NCBI GenBank assembly: GCA_038208115.1
Contig: JBBQZC010000003.1
Coordinates: 2,984 to 66,983, forward strand
From: Candidatus Moraniibacteriota bacterium
Lineage (GTDB): Bacteria; Patescibacteriota; Minisyncoccia; Moranbacterales; GCA-2747515
DNA length: 64,000 bases
Direction of reading: 5' to 3'
Shown here: positions 49,823 to 60,439 of the stretch, piece by piece
Numbering within the stretch: the first letter of the stretch is position 1
Layout: each line of letters opens with the position of its first letter
The notes under the pieces: model-generated
Databases searched by the model: none
Told to the model about the DNA's origin: nothing
Seen by the model: only the letters and a program-made list of their open reading frames with translations
Translations under genes and position numbers: made by a program

Positions 49823-51232
49823 ATGAAAGACGAACAAAAATATTATCCCATGTTAGCGGGTATTAGTGAAAAAGACATATTTAGTGAAGAAAGTTCACTA
49901 ATGTGGGAAAAATTTAACACAATGCCGATCAAAATACAAAAAATATTGAAATCTGATGAACTTACCGAATTTGTCTATAATATTGAAAAAAGATATCATT
50001 TTTCTGATAAACAAACAGAGGATTTTTCAGTTTTAGTAAGAAAATATTTCTTTAGGGAAATATCAGAAAATGAATTTGCACAAAAAGTATCCCAAATGTG
50101 TCATTCTACGACAGATGACGCGATTAAACTTTTTCGTGTAATTTTAGCAATTGAACCAAAAGAAGAATTAGAAGAAAACAAAGACGTTTCTTTAAAAAGA
50201 AATACGGTGCAAATTTCGTTTACCAACGCACTTGCTAATTATCCAAAGGTTAAGGAGCAGTTTATCACTGAACAACCAATCATCGCTAAACCATTTCTCC
50301 AACCACTCAAACCAACGCTCAAAAACTGGATTATGGTGTATGAAAAAATACTTGACGTCAGCCGTCACAATACAATTGAACGCGGTGATTTCGTATTTCG
50401 TGCAGAAGCAACAAATGGACTTACACACTCTGAACGTGCTGATCTGGCACACATATTACGTGCACGAGATGAAGATGGTCAGATAACGATAGATCGAGAT
50501 ACAAGTGAAATTGTCTTTGAGGAGCAAGGAGATGATATGCAAAACAAACCAGTTAATGAATCGCGAAATATTGTATCTGGAAGACAATCTATAATCGTAC
50601 CAAGGGCAAATTTGCAACAAAAAATGACACAAGTAAGTAATGATTCAGAAAATATACCACAGAGAAATACAATGTCACAAACAGTATATAGTCAAAATTC
50701 AGTATCAAAAAGAATGGATATGCCTGCGCAACAAAAAGTAGCACAGAAACCAGTGGAAAGAAAAAATTTTGGTATAATTAATGAGTCATCGTCAATAAGT
50801 ACGTCAAAAAAAGATCCAAATGAAAAGCAAAATCCAGTTTTTACTTCAGTCCAGGATGAAATCATCAAAAACCGTATGGAGATGCAGAAAAAAAATCAAC
50901 CTACACAAGTGATGACCGTAGAAGAACCACAAGTAGTATCACAGGATGTCCGACCAATCGGTACTCCAATACAAGGTATATTAGTTCATAAAAAAGAAGA
51001 TGTACAATCGGCGACAAATGCTCAGCCAATATCAAGTGTAACTACACCAACAAAAAAAGTTATTGATGAAAAACCATTATCGTTTGTAGCTGGAGAAATT
51101 AATTTTAGTTCAAATCATACATTACCATCAGAGATGCCACAAAAAAAACTATCAGCAAATTATCTCAACATATCACCTATTGGTGTAACGCATGTGATGA
51201 AAAAAAACAAAAAACAGAACAAATCAATGTAA
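49823..51232 (+). CDS. hypothetical soluble protein (469 aa) with a low-complexity C-terminus
   Basis: ORF only. Confidence 0.45.
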   Translation: MKDEQKYYPMLAGISEKDIFSEESSLMWEKFNTMPIKIQKILKSDELTEFVYNIEKRYHFSDKQTEDFSVLVRKYFFREISENEFAQKVSQMCHSTTDDAIKLFRVILAIEPKEELEENKDVSLKRNTVQISFTNALANYPKVKEQFITEQPIIAKPFLQPLKPTLKNWIMVYEKILDVSRHNTIERGDFVFRAEATNGLTHSERADLAHILRARDEDGQITIDRDTSEIVFEEQGDDMQNKPVNESRNIVSGRQSIIVPRANLQQKMTQVSNDSENIPQRNTMSQTVYSQNSVSKRMDMPAQQKVAQKPVERKNFGIINESSSISTSKKDPNEKQNPVFTSVQDEIIKNRMEMQKKNQPTQVMTVEEPQVVSQDVRPIGTPIQGILVHKKEDVQSATNAQPISSVTTPTKKVIDEKPLSFVAGEINFSSNHTLPSEMPQKKLSANYLNISPIGVTHVMKKNKKQNKSM

Positions 51233-51417
51233 AATTTATGACAGCAAGATATTATTATATCCACCTAATCTATCTAAAAGATGAGGAATTCTTATTTTCA
51301 TATAAAAAAGGAAAATGAATAAAGAAGCATCTGTTAGATTTTTTTATTTTATCAAGTGCTTTATAAAAAATTGATTTAATGGTATGATAAAAAAGAAGAA
51401 AAAATAAAATAAAAATT

Positions 51418-51879
51418 ATGCAGATTGTACCACAATATATTGATGTTGAAGATAAAATAGCAGGACCGCTCACGTGGAAACATATTGGTTGGATGTTTGC
51501 TGGTGGAGCAGTTTTATTGTTTGCATTCACTTTATTAGATACTACAACTTTTATTATTGCAGCAGTGCCGATTACTATATTTACGGGAGCGCTTATTTTT
51601 TATCGACCGAGTGGGGTGCCATTGGTACAATTCATCGGATTTGGATTTACATATCTTTTTCGTCCAAAAGTGTATACGTGGCAACGTGAAGACACGTTAT
51701 ACACACAGAAAAAAAAGAACAAAGTAATGCATATTGAGACTACGAGTGAAAAAAAACACTTAGGCGAGAATGATATGCATGCAATTGCACAAATGCTTGA
51801 TACACGTGGAACGGAGCGCAGTGATCGTCTTCAACAGTTGATCAGAGAAAGTAAAAGAGAATCACAACATAAAAAATAA
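51418..51879 (+). CDS. small membrane protein, VirB3/PrgI/TcpE-like
   Basis: Two-TM topology (WMFAGGAVLLFAFTLL, FIIAAVPITIFTGALIFY) immediately upstream of VirB4, as in Gram-positive-type T4SS. Confidence 0.4.
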   Translation: MQIVPQYIDVEDKIAGPLTWKHIGWMFAGGAVLLFAFTLLDTTTFIIAAVPITIFTGALIFYRPSGVPLVQFIGFGFTYLFRPKVYTWQREDTLYTQKKKNKVMHIETTSEKKHLGENDMHAIAQMLDTRGTERSDRLQQLIRESKRESQHKK

Positions 51880-51891
51880 TTTGATATTGAT

Positions 51892-52575
51892 ATGGACTTA
51901 TTAGGATCAACTTCACAAAATAGTGGATTAAGCACACTGAAGTATGTGGATATTAAAACAATTAAAGATGGAGTAGTTGTGCTTAAAAACGGTTCTTTAA
52001 GAGCTGTTTTACTTGTGTCATCGATTAATTTTGATCTTAAATCATCTGATGAACAAATAGCTATTGTTGGCGCATATCAAAACTTCCTTAATTCACTAGA
52101 TTTTCCTATTCAAATATTGGTTAGTTCACGTAAATTGAATATTAGTGCATATCTAGATATGCTTAAAGAGAAGTCGAGAGAACAGCGCAATGAATTGTTG
52201 AAAATTCAAATTATTGAATATAGGGAATTTATTCAAAAACTCACAGAAGTGACAAATATTATGAGTAAATATTTTTATCTTGTCGTACCATTTGCACCAG
52301 TGGAAAATGAATCAGAAGGAATTCTCGGTAAAATCTCACATGTATTTAATCCTGAGGAAAATATTACAGAACATGAGGAGTTATTTGAAACGTACAAAAA
52401 TCAACTATGGCAACGAGTAGATCATGTTGCGGCAGCTCTGGGAGGAACAGGATTACATTTCACAGCGTTGAATACGGAAGAGCTCATTGAAATGTATTAT
52501 GGTATGTATAATCCATCAGAATATTCGCAGACGACAATAAAGAATGTTATAGAATCAGATGTGGAACAAATGTAA
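51892..52575 (+). CDS. VirB4/TraC-family ATPase, N-terminal domain (separate ORF)
   Basis: VirB4-like N-terminus (DIKTIKDGVVVLKNGSLRAVLLVS); ends with TAA 24 nt before the ATPase-domain ORF. Confidence 0.55.
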   Translation: MDLLGSTSQNSGLSTLKYVDIKTIKDGVVVLKNGSLRAVLLVSSINFDLKSSDEQIAIVGAYQNFLNSLDFPIQILVSSRKLNISAYLDMLKEKSREQRNELLKIQIIEYREFIQKLTEVTNIMSKYFYLVVPFAPVENESEGILGKISHVFNPEENITEHEELFETYKNQLWQRVDHVAAALGGTGLHFTALNTEELIEMYYGMYNPSEYSQTTIKNVIESDVEQM

Positions 52576-52599
52576 AAATAATTATTTGTAGGGATTGAT

Positions 52600-54411
52600 A
52601 TGTTATTCAACAAAAAAGCAAATACACAACAAAATAATGAGACTGTAGAGAATGATAAATTTTATCAAGAAGGTGTTGCTACGGTTCGAGGACTTATTGC
52701 TCCAAGCGCATTACAAATTCAAGCAGATCATTTACAAATTGGCGATGTGATGGCAACAACAGTTTTTGTGATGGCATACCCTCGCTTTTTAAGTGATAGT
52801 TGGTTCGCACCAATCATTAATATTGATTTTCCGATGGATATTTCAATGTTTATTCATCCTGAAGATTCACGCGATGTGCTTAAAACACTGAGAAAAAGTG
52901 CAGCGCATGTGCATTCACAGATTGATATTGAGTCGCGTAGTGGAAAGGTAACTGATCCAATGTTGGAAACGGCTATAGAAAACATTGAGACTCTTCGTGT
53001 GAGTTTGCAACAAGGAACAGAGAGATTTTTCCGTTTTGGCTTGTATATTACACTTTATGCTGATACAAAAGCAGTGTTGCAAAAAAGAAAAAGTGAGATT
53101 GAGGCAATTTTAGAAGCCCAGCTAATTTATTGTAAACCTGCTATATTACGAATGGAACATGGTTTTGCGTCGACAATTCCACTTGGGAATGATCGACTGA
53201 ACGTAGGAACAAACCTCAATACAGCACCACTCTCGACAACCTTTCCTTTTGTGTCATCCAGCCTGTCATCCAACGAAGGAATTTTATATGGAATTAATCG
53301 TCATAACAATAGTCTGATATTATTTGATCGGTTCAATATGGAAAATGCTAATATGGTGGTTTTTGCAAAATCAGGTGGCGGAAAAAGCTATTTTGTAAAA
53401 TTGGAAATATTACGATCCCTAATGATTGGCGTTAATGTAATAGTGATTGATCCAGAAAGTGAATATAAACATCTCTGTCAAACTGTCGGCGGTACATATA
53501 TTCAAATATCACTTGGATCAAATGCACACATCAATCCATTTGAACTACCAGCAATACCTAAGGACGAAAAGCAAGTTGATGTATTTAGAAACACAATAGC
53601 GAGCTTGATCGGATTGATGCATATCATGCTGGGTAGTGTAACAGCGGAAGAAGATACGGTGCTCGAACGTGCCATTCGTGAAGCCTATGCAGTGCGCGAT
53701 ATCACAGAGGATAGTCATTTTGGAGGTATACCACATTCAGGATATCCGACAATGGCAGATCTCTATGAGGTACTGCGATCAATGGATGGTGGTGATTCAT
53801 TAGGTAAGAGACTATCGAAATATACAGAGGGTATTTTTTCTGGATTTCTTAATAATCCAACGAATATTGAGGTAAATAACCAGATGATTGTATTTAATAT
53901 TCGAGATTTGGAAGAGGAATTGCGACCAATTGCGATGTATATGGTTTTGCAGTTTATCTGGAATGAGATGCGTACAAATATGACACGCAGAATTGTAGCT
54001 GTGGATGAGGCGTGGGTCATGATGCAAAATGATGATGCGGCAGCCTTTTTATTTGGTATTGCAAAAAGATGTCGTAAATATTATACTGGCCTCACAACGA
54101 TCACACAGGACGTAAGTGATTTTATGACAAGTCGCTATGGTAGACCAATTGTGACCAATTCATCTCTACAACTCCTTCTCCGTCAATCACCAGCCTCTGT
54201 GGATGTGATTGCGGAAACATTTTACCTGACAGATCATGAGAGATTTCTTCTGCTTGAAAGTAATGTGGGAGAGGGTATTTTATTTGCAGGACCTAAGCAT
54301 GCAGCTATCAAAATCATATCTTCATACGCAGAAGATCAAATCATTACTTCTGATCCGAGACAGCTTGCTGAAATAGAGAAGGCAAAGGAAGAAATAGATA
54401 ATGAAAAATAA
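52600..54411 (+). CDS. VirB4/TrbE/CagE-family type IV secretion ATPase, C-terminal NTPase domain
   Basis: Walker A VVFAKSGGGKSYF and Walker B IVAVDEAW, the DEAW motif characteristic of VirB4. Confidence 0.75.
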   Translation: MLFNKKANTQQNNETVENDKFYQEGVATVRGLIAPSALQIQADHLQIGDVMATTVFVMAYPRFLSDSWFAPIINIDFPMDISMFIHPEDSRDVLKTLRKSAAHVHSQIDIESRSGKVTDPMLETAIENIETLRVSLQQGTERFFRFGLYITLYADTKAVLQKRKSEIEAILEAQLIYCKPAILRMEHGFASTIPLGNDRLNVGTNLNTAPLSTTFPFVSSSLSSNEGILYGINRHNNSLILFDRFNMENANMVVFAKSGGGKSYFVKLEILRSLMIGVNVIVIDPESEYKHLCQTVGGTYIQISLGSNAHINPFELPAIPKDEKQVDVFRNTIASLIGLMHIMLGSVTAEEDTVLERAIREAYAVRDITEDSHFGGIPHSGYPTMADLYEVLRSMDGGDSLGKRLSKYTEGIFSGFLNNPTNIEVNNQMIVFNIRDLEEELRPIAMYMVLQFIWNEMRTNMTRRIVAVDEAWVMMQNDDAAAFLFGIAKRCRKYYTGLTTITQDVSDFMTSRYGRPIVTNSSLQLLLRQSPASVDVIAETFYLTDHERFLLLESNVGEGILFAGPKHAAIKIISSYAEDQIITSDPRQLAEIEKAKEEIDNEK

Positions 54412-54687
54412 TATAACAAAAGAGGTTTGTAAAAACCTCTTTTTTAGTGTGTGATATTGCATGTGAAGTTGTATGTGTTTTGTAATAATAACAATCATAT
54501 ATGAAAAATGATAAAAATATTTGGGAATTAACTCCTAATCTCGTTATTACAAATTTTGTAATTGATTCATTGTCAAAAAGACATTCACAAGAAATACATT
54601 TAAGTAGTGTTTATTCACTGTATATCGAAATGTATTTATTAAAAAATGAAACAATCATAAAGAAACCTCGCAATTGTTAGTAGTTAC

Positions 54688-55470
54688 GTGTATAATATAG
54701 AAAGAAATAATGAAAATATGAGCACATCAAGAGCATCAACAAATCCAGAAAACATTGCCATCTATGCGGAGAGAGCGCGCAATCTTCAGCGTGCTCGTCA
54801 GAAGAAAAATATCACGCAAGAGACGCAGTCACAGAAATATACAGAACAATTGAGTAAACAAATTCAAAGAAGCAGATATTTTCAAAATAGTGATACTCAG
54901 AATTTTGCAGATAAACCAGGTGGCGAAAGTAGTGATAGTCAGAAAAAAAATAACATACGATTAATTCAAAAAGATTTACATGGCGAAATACAGGATGATG
55001 AATTACATCAAATAACAGATGATGTGTCAGATGTTTTTACAAGTTCAAAAATAATGCTTCCAGTAAAAATAGCTCAACTAGCTGTGCATTCTCGCGCTGC
55101 ATTGAAAGATTATACTAGCAAATGGTGGATTGTTGCGTTTGCATTTGCTATTTTTAAAGACCTCGCACTCGATCCAACAATCCATCAAATACCAGCATTA
55201 GGATGGTTTGTTGCATGCTGTTTTACGATTGGATTTATCATTTTTTTATTTGGAGGTGGATTTTTTAGGAAGTTAGGCAAAAAGATGATTGCAAAAATCA
55301 TTTTTTCGATTATTATTGATATGATCCCATTTGTAAACATACTATTTCCTGGAACAACAATAGCTGTATTAGTACGATGGGATGGGTCAAAAAAAGATGC
55401 AAAAAAAGCAGAACAAAATGTGAAAAGAATTAGAGAAAAGTATGCAGAATATGATACAATGAATGAATAA
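54688..55470 (+). CDS. membrane protein (260 aa; hydrophilic N-terminus, 3 TM segments)
   Basis: ORF in the T4SS-like cluster. Confidence 0.45.
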   Translation: MYNIERNNENMSTSRASTNPENIAIYAERARNLQRARQKKNITQETQSQKYTEQLSKQIQRSRYFQNSDTQNFADKPGGESSDSQKKNNIRLIQKDLHGEIQDDELHQITDDVSDVFTSSKIMLPVKIAQLAVHSRAALKDYTSKWWIVAFAFAIFKDLALDPTIHQIPALGWFVACCFTIGFIIFLFGGGFFRKLGKKMIAKIIFSIIIDMIPFVNILFPGTTIAVLVRWDGSKKDAKKAEQNVKRIREKYAEYDTMNE

Positions 55471-55508
55471 GATGTGATATAATAATACATATAAAAAAAA
55501 TAGTAAAT

Positions 55509-56150
55509 ATGAATCAAGAAATTATAAAACAATTAACACATTTTTGCTTTGCGCTTGCTTGTGTTGCTTTATTTTTTTTCTTCCCTGTGTCAGAATATCG
55601 ATTTGAAGTTTTAGTTAGCGTCGTAACTTTTTTACTGGTGATGCCAGTAATTTATACAAAGGTCGTTTTGCATAAAGATTTGAGGGAGATGGGTTTTTGG
55701 TCTTTTCGGATAGAAAAAAAAGAAATTTTTATGTTGACGGCCTCAGTAATAATTGGTGGTTTATTGGGCTTTGTGATGATTGCGATGAAGTGGGGTGTGG
55801 CTTCATATGTTGGGATGTTACCTGGCGCTGTTTTATACAACTTTGGAGGATTTGTCGTCTATGAGTTAGTTTTTGTTTCAGCAATCCTCTTTCTTTTTAC
55901 TGTGATTGTGTGGGGATTTGTGTTTAATTGCACATGGCATGATCATCGTATTGCGTTCATATCTGGAAGTGTCTTATTTATTGTTCTATTATATAGCTTT
56001 TATCAAAATATATTTATCATCATTCCCTTGCTCAGTCCTGTAGTTATATTATACAAAAAACGATTTACTTATAACATTATCTATCTTTTTTTAGCATTCT
56101 TTCTAATAAGTCTTATTATAGATACGATGATCGTGCGGTCATTATCATAA
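55509..56150 (+). CDS. polytopic membrane protein (213 aa)
   Basis: About 6 predicted TM segments. Confidence 0.45.
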   Translation: MNQEIIKQLTHFCFALACVALFFFFPVSEYRFEVLVSVVTFLLVMPVIYTKVVLHKDLREMGFWSFRIEKKEIFMLTASVIIGGLLGFVMIAMKWGVASYVGMLPGAVLYNFGGFVVYELVFVSAILFLFTVIVWGFVFNCTWHDHRIAFISGSVLFIVLLYSFYQNIFIIIPLLSPVVILYKKRFTYNIIYLFLAFFLISLIIDTMIVRSLS

Positions 56151-56199
56151 TATAATTTAGACAATCGAGATGGAATTTTTAATAATAAAAACTGTGGCC

Positions 56200-59154
56200 A
56201 TGAAAAAAATATTTCAAGCAACTGCAATAATTCAAATCATTTTTTTTATAATAAATCCTGTAACAGCATACGCTGTTACAAAAGAAGAGGTGGCTGATCC
56301 TGTGGGATCTTCCATTAAATCTAATGGATCCTCTGCTGTTTCAGGTCAAGTGCGCAAAGGTATAAATAGTTTCCTCGAGGACGATCTCAATATGAATGTA
56401 GAGGAGAGTTTAAAGCCCCTTACAGAGGGCATAAATAGTGTTGATCGCAAAGGAAAAATACCTCGTACAACTATAAGATTTTCTACACCAAACCCAAAAC
56501 CGGGCGATATGCTTACAGCAAGTGCAGAAGTGGAAGGGATCGCAAATGCTGATAAAGCATACTACACATGGTTTTTGAAAAGAAGTAGCGATGAATCATA
56601 TGATCCACCACAGCGTATGCATGAGAATGCCGTAAAAGCACAAGCATCAATCTATTATGATCCAGAAATGCGTGATCAGAGATTTAATCAAGGCATGCCA
56701 ACAGAAGGAGATGAGGATACTTTCGATGCGCCATTGGGTGGTAAAGATACTGGATCAGAAGATAAATACTGTTATATTTATGATACAAAAGACGGAAAAC
56801 AATATGAGATAGTCGGCGGAGATAGTTCTCCCGCAAATTTGGCTTGTGATGAGGGGTACATTCCGCGATGTATGATAGATAATAATGCGTTACAATGTCC
56901 TCTGATAATTGAGCCAATCACGGGAACAACGTCCAGCTCGTCATCAGGTTCAGGCTCAGGCTCGAGTACAAATACTCAAGCAGATACTAGTTCTTCATCA
57001 TCTTCATCTGCAAGTACGACTCTCAGTGGTGGTGGTGGTGCACGTAATCAAGTCCGCACACGCTGTCTCGAAACAGAAGAAACACCATACTGTGATGAAA
57101 ATTCAGGCACACTACAATGTGGGGAATCAGGACAATTATACAGTTATGAAGGTGAAATTACTATATCCACACCTTTTTGTGTACGCGTTATTGATACACG
57201 TTTGTGGTTGGATCCAAATGTGAACGGATGTAATATGGCAACAGATGAAAATGGTGAGTATATTTATCAAGGAGCTGGCTGTTTAAGTGAGCCTAATGCA
57301 GAAAACGTCAAAATACCAGCTAATAAATGTGATATTGCATCACAAGAAGAAACAGTCTGTAGTGAGGATGCAGGTGTATTTAGCAGAGAAGACACAAAAG
57401 ACATGGGTCCTGCTGTTGAAGAGCGATATGGTCTCAATCCAGCAGATGATCGTACTACACCTCTCGCAGATAATGATGGGCAACTTATTGCAGGTGTAAA
57501 TCAACAACAGTTCACGTGGCAGTATGAAGAAGGTGATGAAATCACCGTTGTTGTAGAAGGACAGGGTTCAGAGTCTACAAAACATGAAAATTCATCGTAT
57601 CAAACGGTATTTGCAATGATAGAACCCGGTTGTCAGGAGATTTTGGAAGAAGACTCAGCGTCAAAATCTTCATACGAAGAAGCTGTAAAGGAAAAAGTAG
57701 TTACACACTTAACGGCAATTGTAAATCCTGTGGAGTGTATTTCTCCAAAAATGTACGTCAAGCCAGGCACAAGTGAGTACGACTCTCTCAAGGTAGACGT
57801 GTCACAAGGCTATAATGAGGAAGCATCAGTTGCAAGTGGATTGGGGCAGCCAATGCACGTCACGGCATCAGCAGGGCAGACGCAGGGCGGATCCATATCT
57901 TCTCCAACACATCTGTATTATGATTGGACAGTAACGTGTAATAATGGTAGTGAAGTGATAGATATCACGGATAAATTGGAGGGTCTTTCACAAACGTCAG
58001 GCATGAATATTCCAGCATTGGATTTTGTAGCCGATTTTCCTGATGGAACAGCAGATGAAAATGGTAATCCAACAGAAAACTGTTTTAATCCAACAGACGG
58101 ATCTAGTAAAGTAGAGGTGACAGCAAAAATCAATGAGCCCCGCAAAGGAGGGGGAAGCAATTTTGGCAAATCAACACAGATTTTCACTATATACAATGCA
58201 GTTGAGAGTCAACTGGAGGCATATAAAACAACTGTAAATGCGGATGGCAAATATAGCCCTACAGCCACCTCGATTTGCATAGATGGTATCGACAAAACAT
58301 TTTGTCGCGTTATGAACAACGAGGTGATTGCGCTGAGGGCTAAGGAAAGCAAAGATACAGGAGATTATGCAGAGCCAGGAATGCTATCATGGCAGGTAAA
58401 TGATAAGACATATGTGTGTGATACAAACATATCAGAAGATTGCATAAATAGTGTTGGCACATCAAACACAAATACGGATACGATTCTTGTGCCAATGAAT
58501 GGACGTGATGGAGATTTTATTACAGTTGCTGCTCAAGTCAATGAGGTAGATATTGATAAAAATGAATCAAAACAACTGATGCGTGTATTTCGGGTCACAG
58601 AGCCATCTGTGACAATCGAGCCAGTAACGAATGTTGTAAAAAAGGTGCTAGGCACATATACGAATCTCGATGAAAAAAAATTTCTAGATGAGTCAAATAA
58701 TGTTTTTATTGCACAAAAAGGAAAAGAAATAACACTAAAGGCAATTCTGGAGCCAAGTTTTCTCAATACAGCGAACACAGGACCAAAGTTGACATATGAA
58801 TGGTTGGTAGACGGTCAAATATATGATACGGATAATGAAATCACATTTATTCCTGAAAGTGAAACGACAATAACAGTAAAAGTGGCACAAGCACTTGAAA
58901 ATGTGGACCGCAAAGCATTAAAAGAAGTTTTTAATGCAGGTATGAAAGACACACAGGTGCAATCATATAAAAAGACTGTAGAGATTGAGTTTAGTAAAGA
59001 AGACCTTATTGCGAATTCGGGAGTAACTGGTTTTTTTGCCACTGCATCACATAACGCACCAGAATATTTGATTTTTATCTTGAAGATGACGATGCTTATG
59101 GGTATTATGCTACTCATTCCATCACTCGTGCTCAGCGTAGGAAAAAGTGCATAA
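56200..59154 (+). CDS. large (about 985 aa) Cys-rich secreted or surface protein with a signal peptide, Ser/Gly/Thr linker and C-terminal TM anchor
   Basis: Signal peptide MKKIFQATAIIQIIFFIINPVTAYA; SSSSSGSGSGSS linker; many Cys; C-terminal hydrophobic segment IFILKMTMLMGIMLLIPSLVL. Confidence 0.55.
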   Translation: MKKIFQATAIIQIIFFIINPVTAYAVTKEEVADPVGSSIKSNGSSAVSGQVRKGINSFLEDDLNMNVEESLKPLTEGINSVDRKGKIPRTTIRFSTPNPKPGDMLTASAEVEGIANADKAYYTWFLKRSSDESYDPPQRMHENAVKAQASIYYDPEMRDQRFNQGMPTEGDEDTFDAPLGGKDTGSEDKYCYIYDTKDGKQYEIVGGDSSPANLACDEGYIPRCMIDNNALQCPLIIEPITGTTSSSSSGSGSGSSTNTQADTSSSSSSSASTTLSGGGGARNQVRTRCLETEETPYCDENSGTLQCGESGQLYSYEGEITISTPFCVRVIDTRLWLDPNVNGCNMATDENGEYIYQGAGCLSEPNAENVKIPANKCDIASQEETVCSEDAGVFSREDTKDMGPAVEERYGLNPADDRTTPLADNDGQLIAGVNQQQFTWQYEEGDEITVVVEGQGSESTKHENSSYQTVFAMIEPGCQEILEEDSASKSSYEEAVKEKVVTHLTAIVNPVECISPKMYVKPGTSEYDSLKVDVSQGYNEEASVASGLGQPMHVTASAGQTQGGSISSPTHLYYDWTVTCNNGSEVIDITDKLEGLSQTSGMNIPALDFVADFPDGTADENGNPTENCFNPTDGSSKVEVTAKINEPRKGGGSNFGKSTQIFTIYNAVESQLEAYKTTVNADGKYSPTATSICIDGIDKTFCRVMNNEVIALRAKESKDTGDYAEPGMLSWQVNDKTYVCDTNISEDCINSVGTSNTNTDTILVPMNGRDGDFITVAAQVNEVDIDKNESKQLMRVFRVTEPSVTIEPVTNVVKKVLGTYTNLDEKKFLDESNNVFIAQKGKEITLKAILEPSFLNTANTGPKLTYEWLVDGQIYDTDNEITFIPESETTITVKVAQALENVDRKALKEVFNAGMKDTQVQSYKKTVEIEFSKEDLIANSGVTGFFATASHNAPEYLIFILKMTMLMGIMLLIPSLVLSVGKSA

Positions 59155-59195
59155 AGTATGATATACTAAGTGGAGAGAATAATAAAAATAAAGTC

Positions 59196-60437
59196 ATGAA
59201 GATGAAGAAAAATCTAAGAGTGTTTATCTTTGCTTTTTTAATATGCATATGTTTTACGATAGCTTCACAAAAGGTTTTTGCTGCTGATGGTTATCAATTA
59301 TTAGAGAGTATGCCAGGCGTAGGTGATGCAAAGAGTGCAGCTCCTCAATTTCCTGTGTATATTTCAAAAATGTATAATTTTTTTGTTGCTTTTGTAATCA
59401 TAGCAGCTCTTCTCATGGTGACTATTGGTGGTTTTTCGTACATTCTTTCAGCGGGAAATCAAGCCCAGGCTGGTACAGCAAAAAAAATAATCACTGATGC
59501 TCTGATAGGTCTTGTAGTAGTATTTATATCATGGCTGGTATTAAACACTATCAACCCTGATTTACTAAATACAAATCCAAATATGAGCTCATTACAATCA
59601 GGAGCTAAAAGTACTGATAAAGCCGGTGACGATACGACGATTAACAATACAAGTACAGTTACGCATGATGGTAAAAATTATGCAACAAATGAGGAATGTA
59701 AAGCTCAAGCAAATATATCAAGTGATTGCACGCCATTGCAAAATTCATATGATAATTCTCAACATTATGTGCAGGATCCCGCAACTGGTAAGTGGCATGA
59801 AGCAACTGATCAGGAGTGTCTCAATAATCCATCAAACTGTAAATTAGGTAGTAATATAATAGCTGATGATTTTAATACACCTAAAACGTCAGGGAGTGTA
59901 GAAAGTGATTTGAGAAATGGTAATATCGTTCGTGCCGATCACAACAATACAAATGGAGATCAGCCAAGTGTGGAAGGATTGCCACCAGTTACGGTAAAGG
60001 CAGCAACGGATTTGATGGCAGAAACTGGATGTACAACTGCAGATACATGTCCAAAAATTGTCGGTGGGACAGAAAAATATGGAGACGGAGCAAATCGTAT
60101 AGATGTAGATGAAAAAGCGACATTAGGTGGTCTTGGTGACTCGGATTTTCTCAATAGTGTACAAGACAATGCAGTCGAAACTGGTACGAGCACCAAAAAA
60201 AACGGAGCAAATACACTAAATATAACAACATATGTATATCCAGAAGGACACGCTCTTGCAGGCCAAAGAGTTGATTGGGTCAAAGAAACTGATGCTAGTG
60301 GCTCTAAGGTCAGAGAATATAACACAATATATGCGACAAAAGAAAACCCACCTGCAAAGCCAGTTACACCAGAGGTGCCTGAGTATAACTATAATGAAAT
60401 AACGCTACAGATAAGAAAACATATAATTAACGTTTAA
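59196..60437 (+). CDS. pilin-like protein with VirB2/TrbC-like topology (signal peptide plus two hydrophobic helices) and an unusually long C-terminal extension
   Basis: Signal peptide ...VFAADG, then FFVAFVIIAALLMVTIGGFSYILSAGNQAQAGTAKKIITDALIGLVVVFISWLVLNTI, then about 300 aa of hydrophilic extension. Confidence 0.4.
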   Translation: MKMKKNLRVFIFAFLICICFTIASQKVFAADGYQLLESMPGVGDAKSAAPQFPVYISKMYNFFVAFVIIAALLMVTIGGFSYILSAGNQAQAGTAKKIITDALIGLVVVFISWLVLNTINPDLLNTNPNMSSLQSGAKSTDKAGDDTTINNTSTVTHDGKNYATNEECKAQANISSDCTPLQNSYDNSQHYVQDPATGKWHEATDQECLNNPSNCKLGSNIIADDFNTPKTSGSVESDLRNGNIVRADHNNTNGDQPSVEGLPPVTVKAATDLMAETGCTTADTCPKIVGGTEKYGDGANRIDVDEKATLGGLGDSDFLNSVQDNAVETGTSTKKNGANTLNITTYVYPEGHALAGQRVDWVKETDASGSKVREYNTIYATKENPPAKPVTPEVPEYNYNEITLQIRKHIINV

Positions 60438-60439
60438 CT

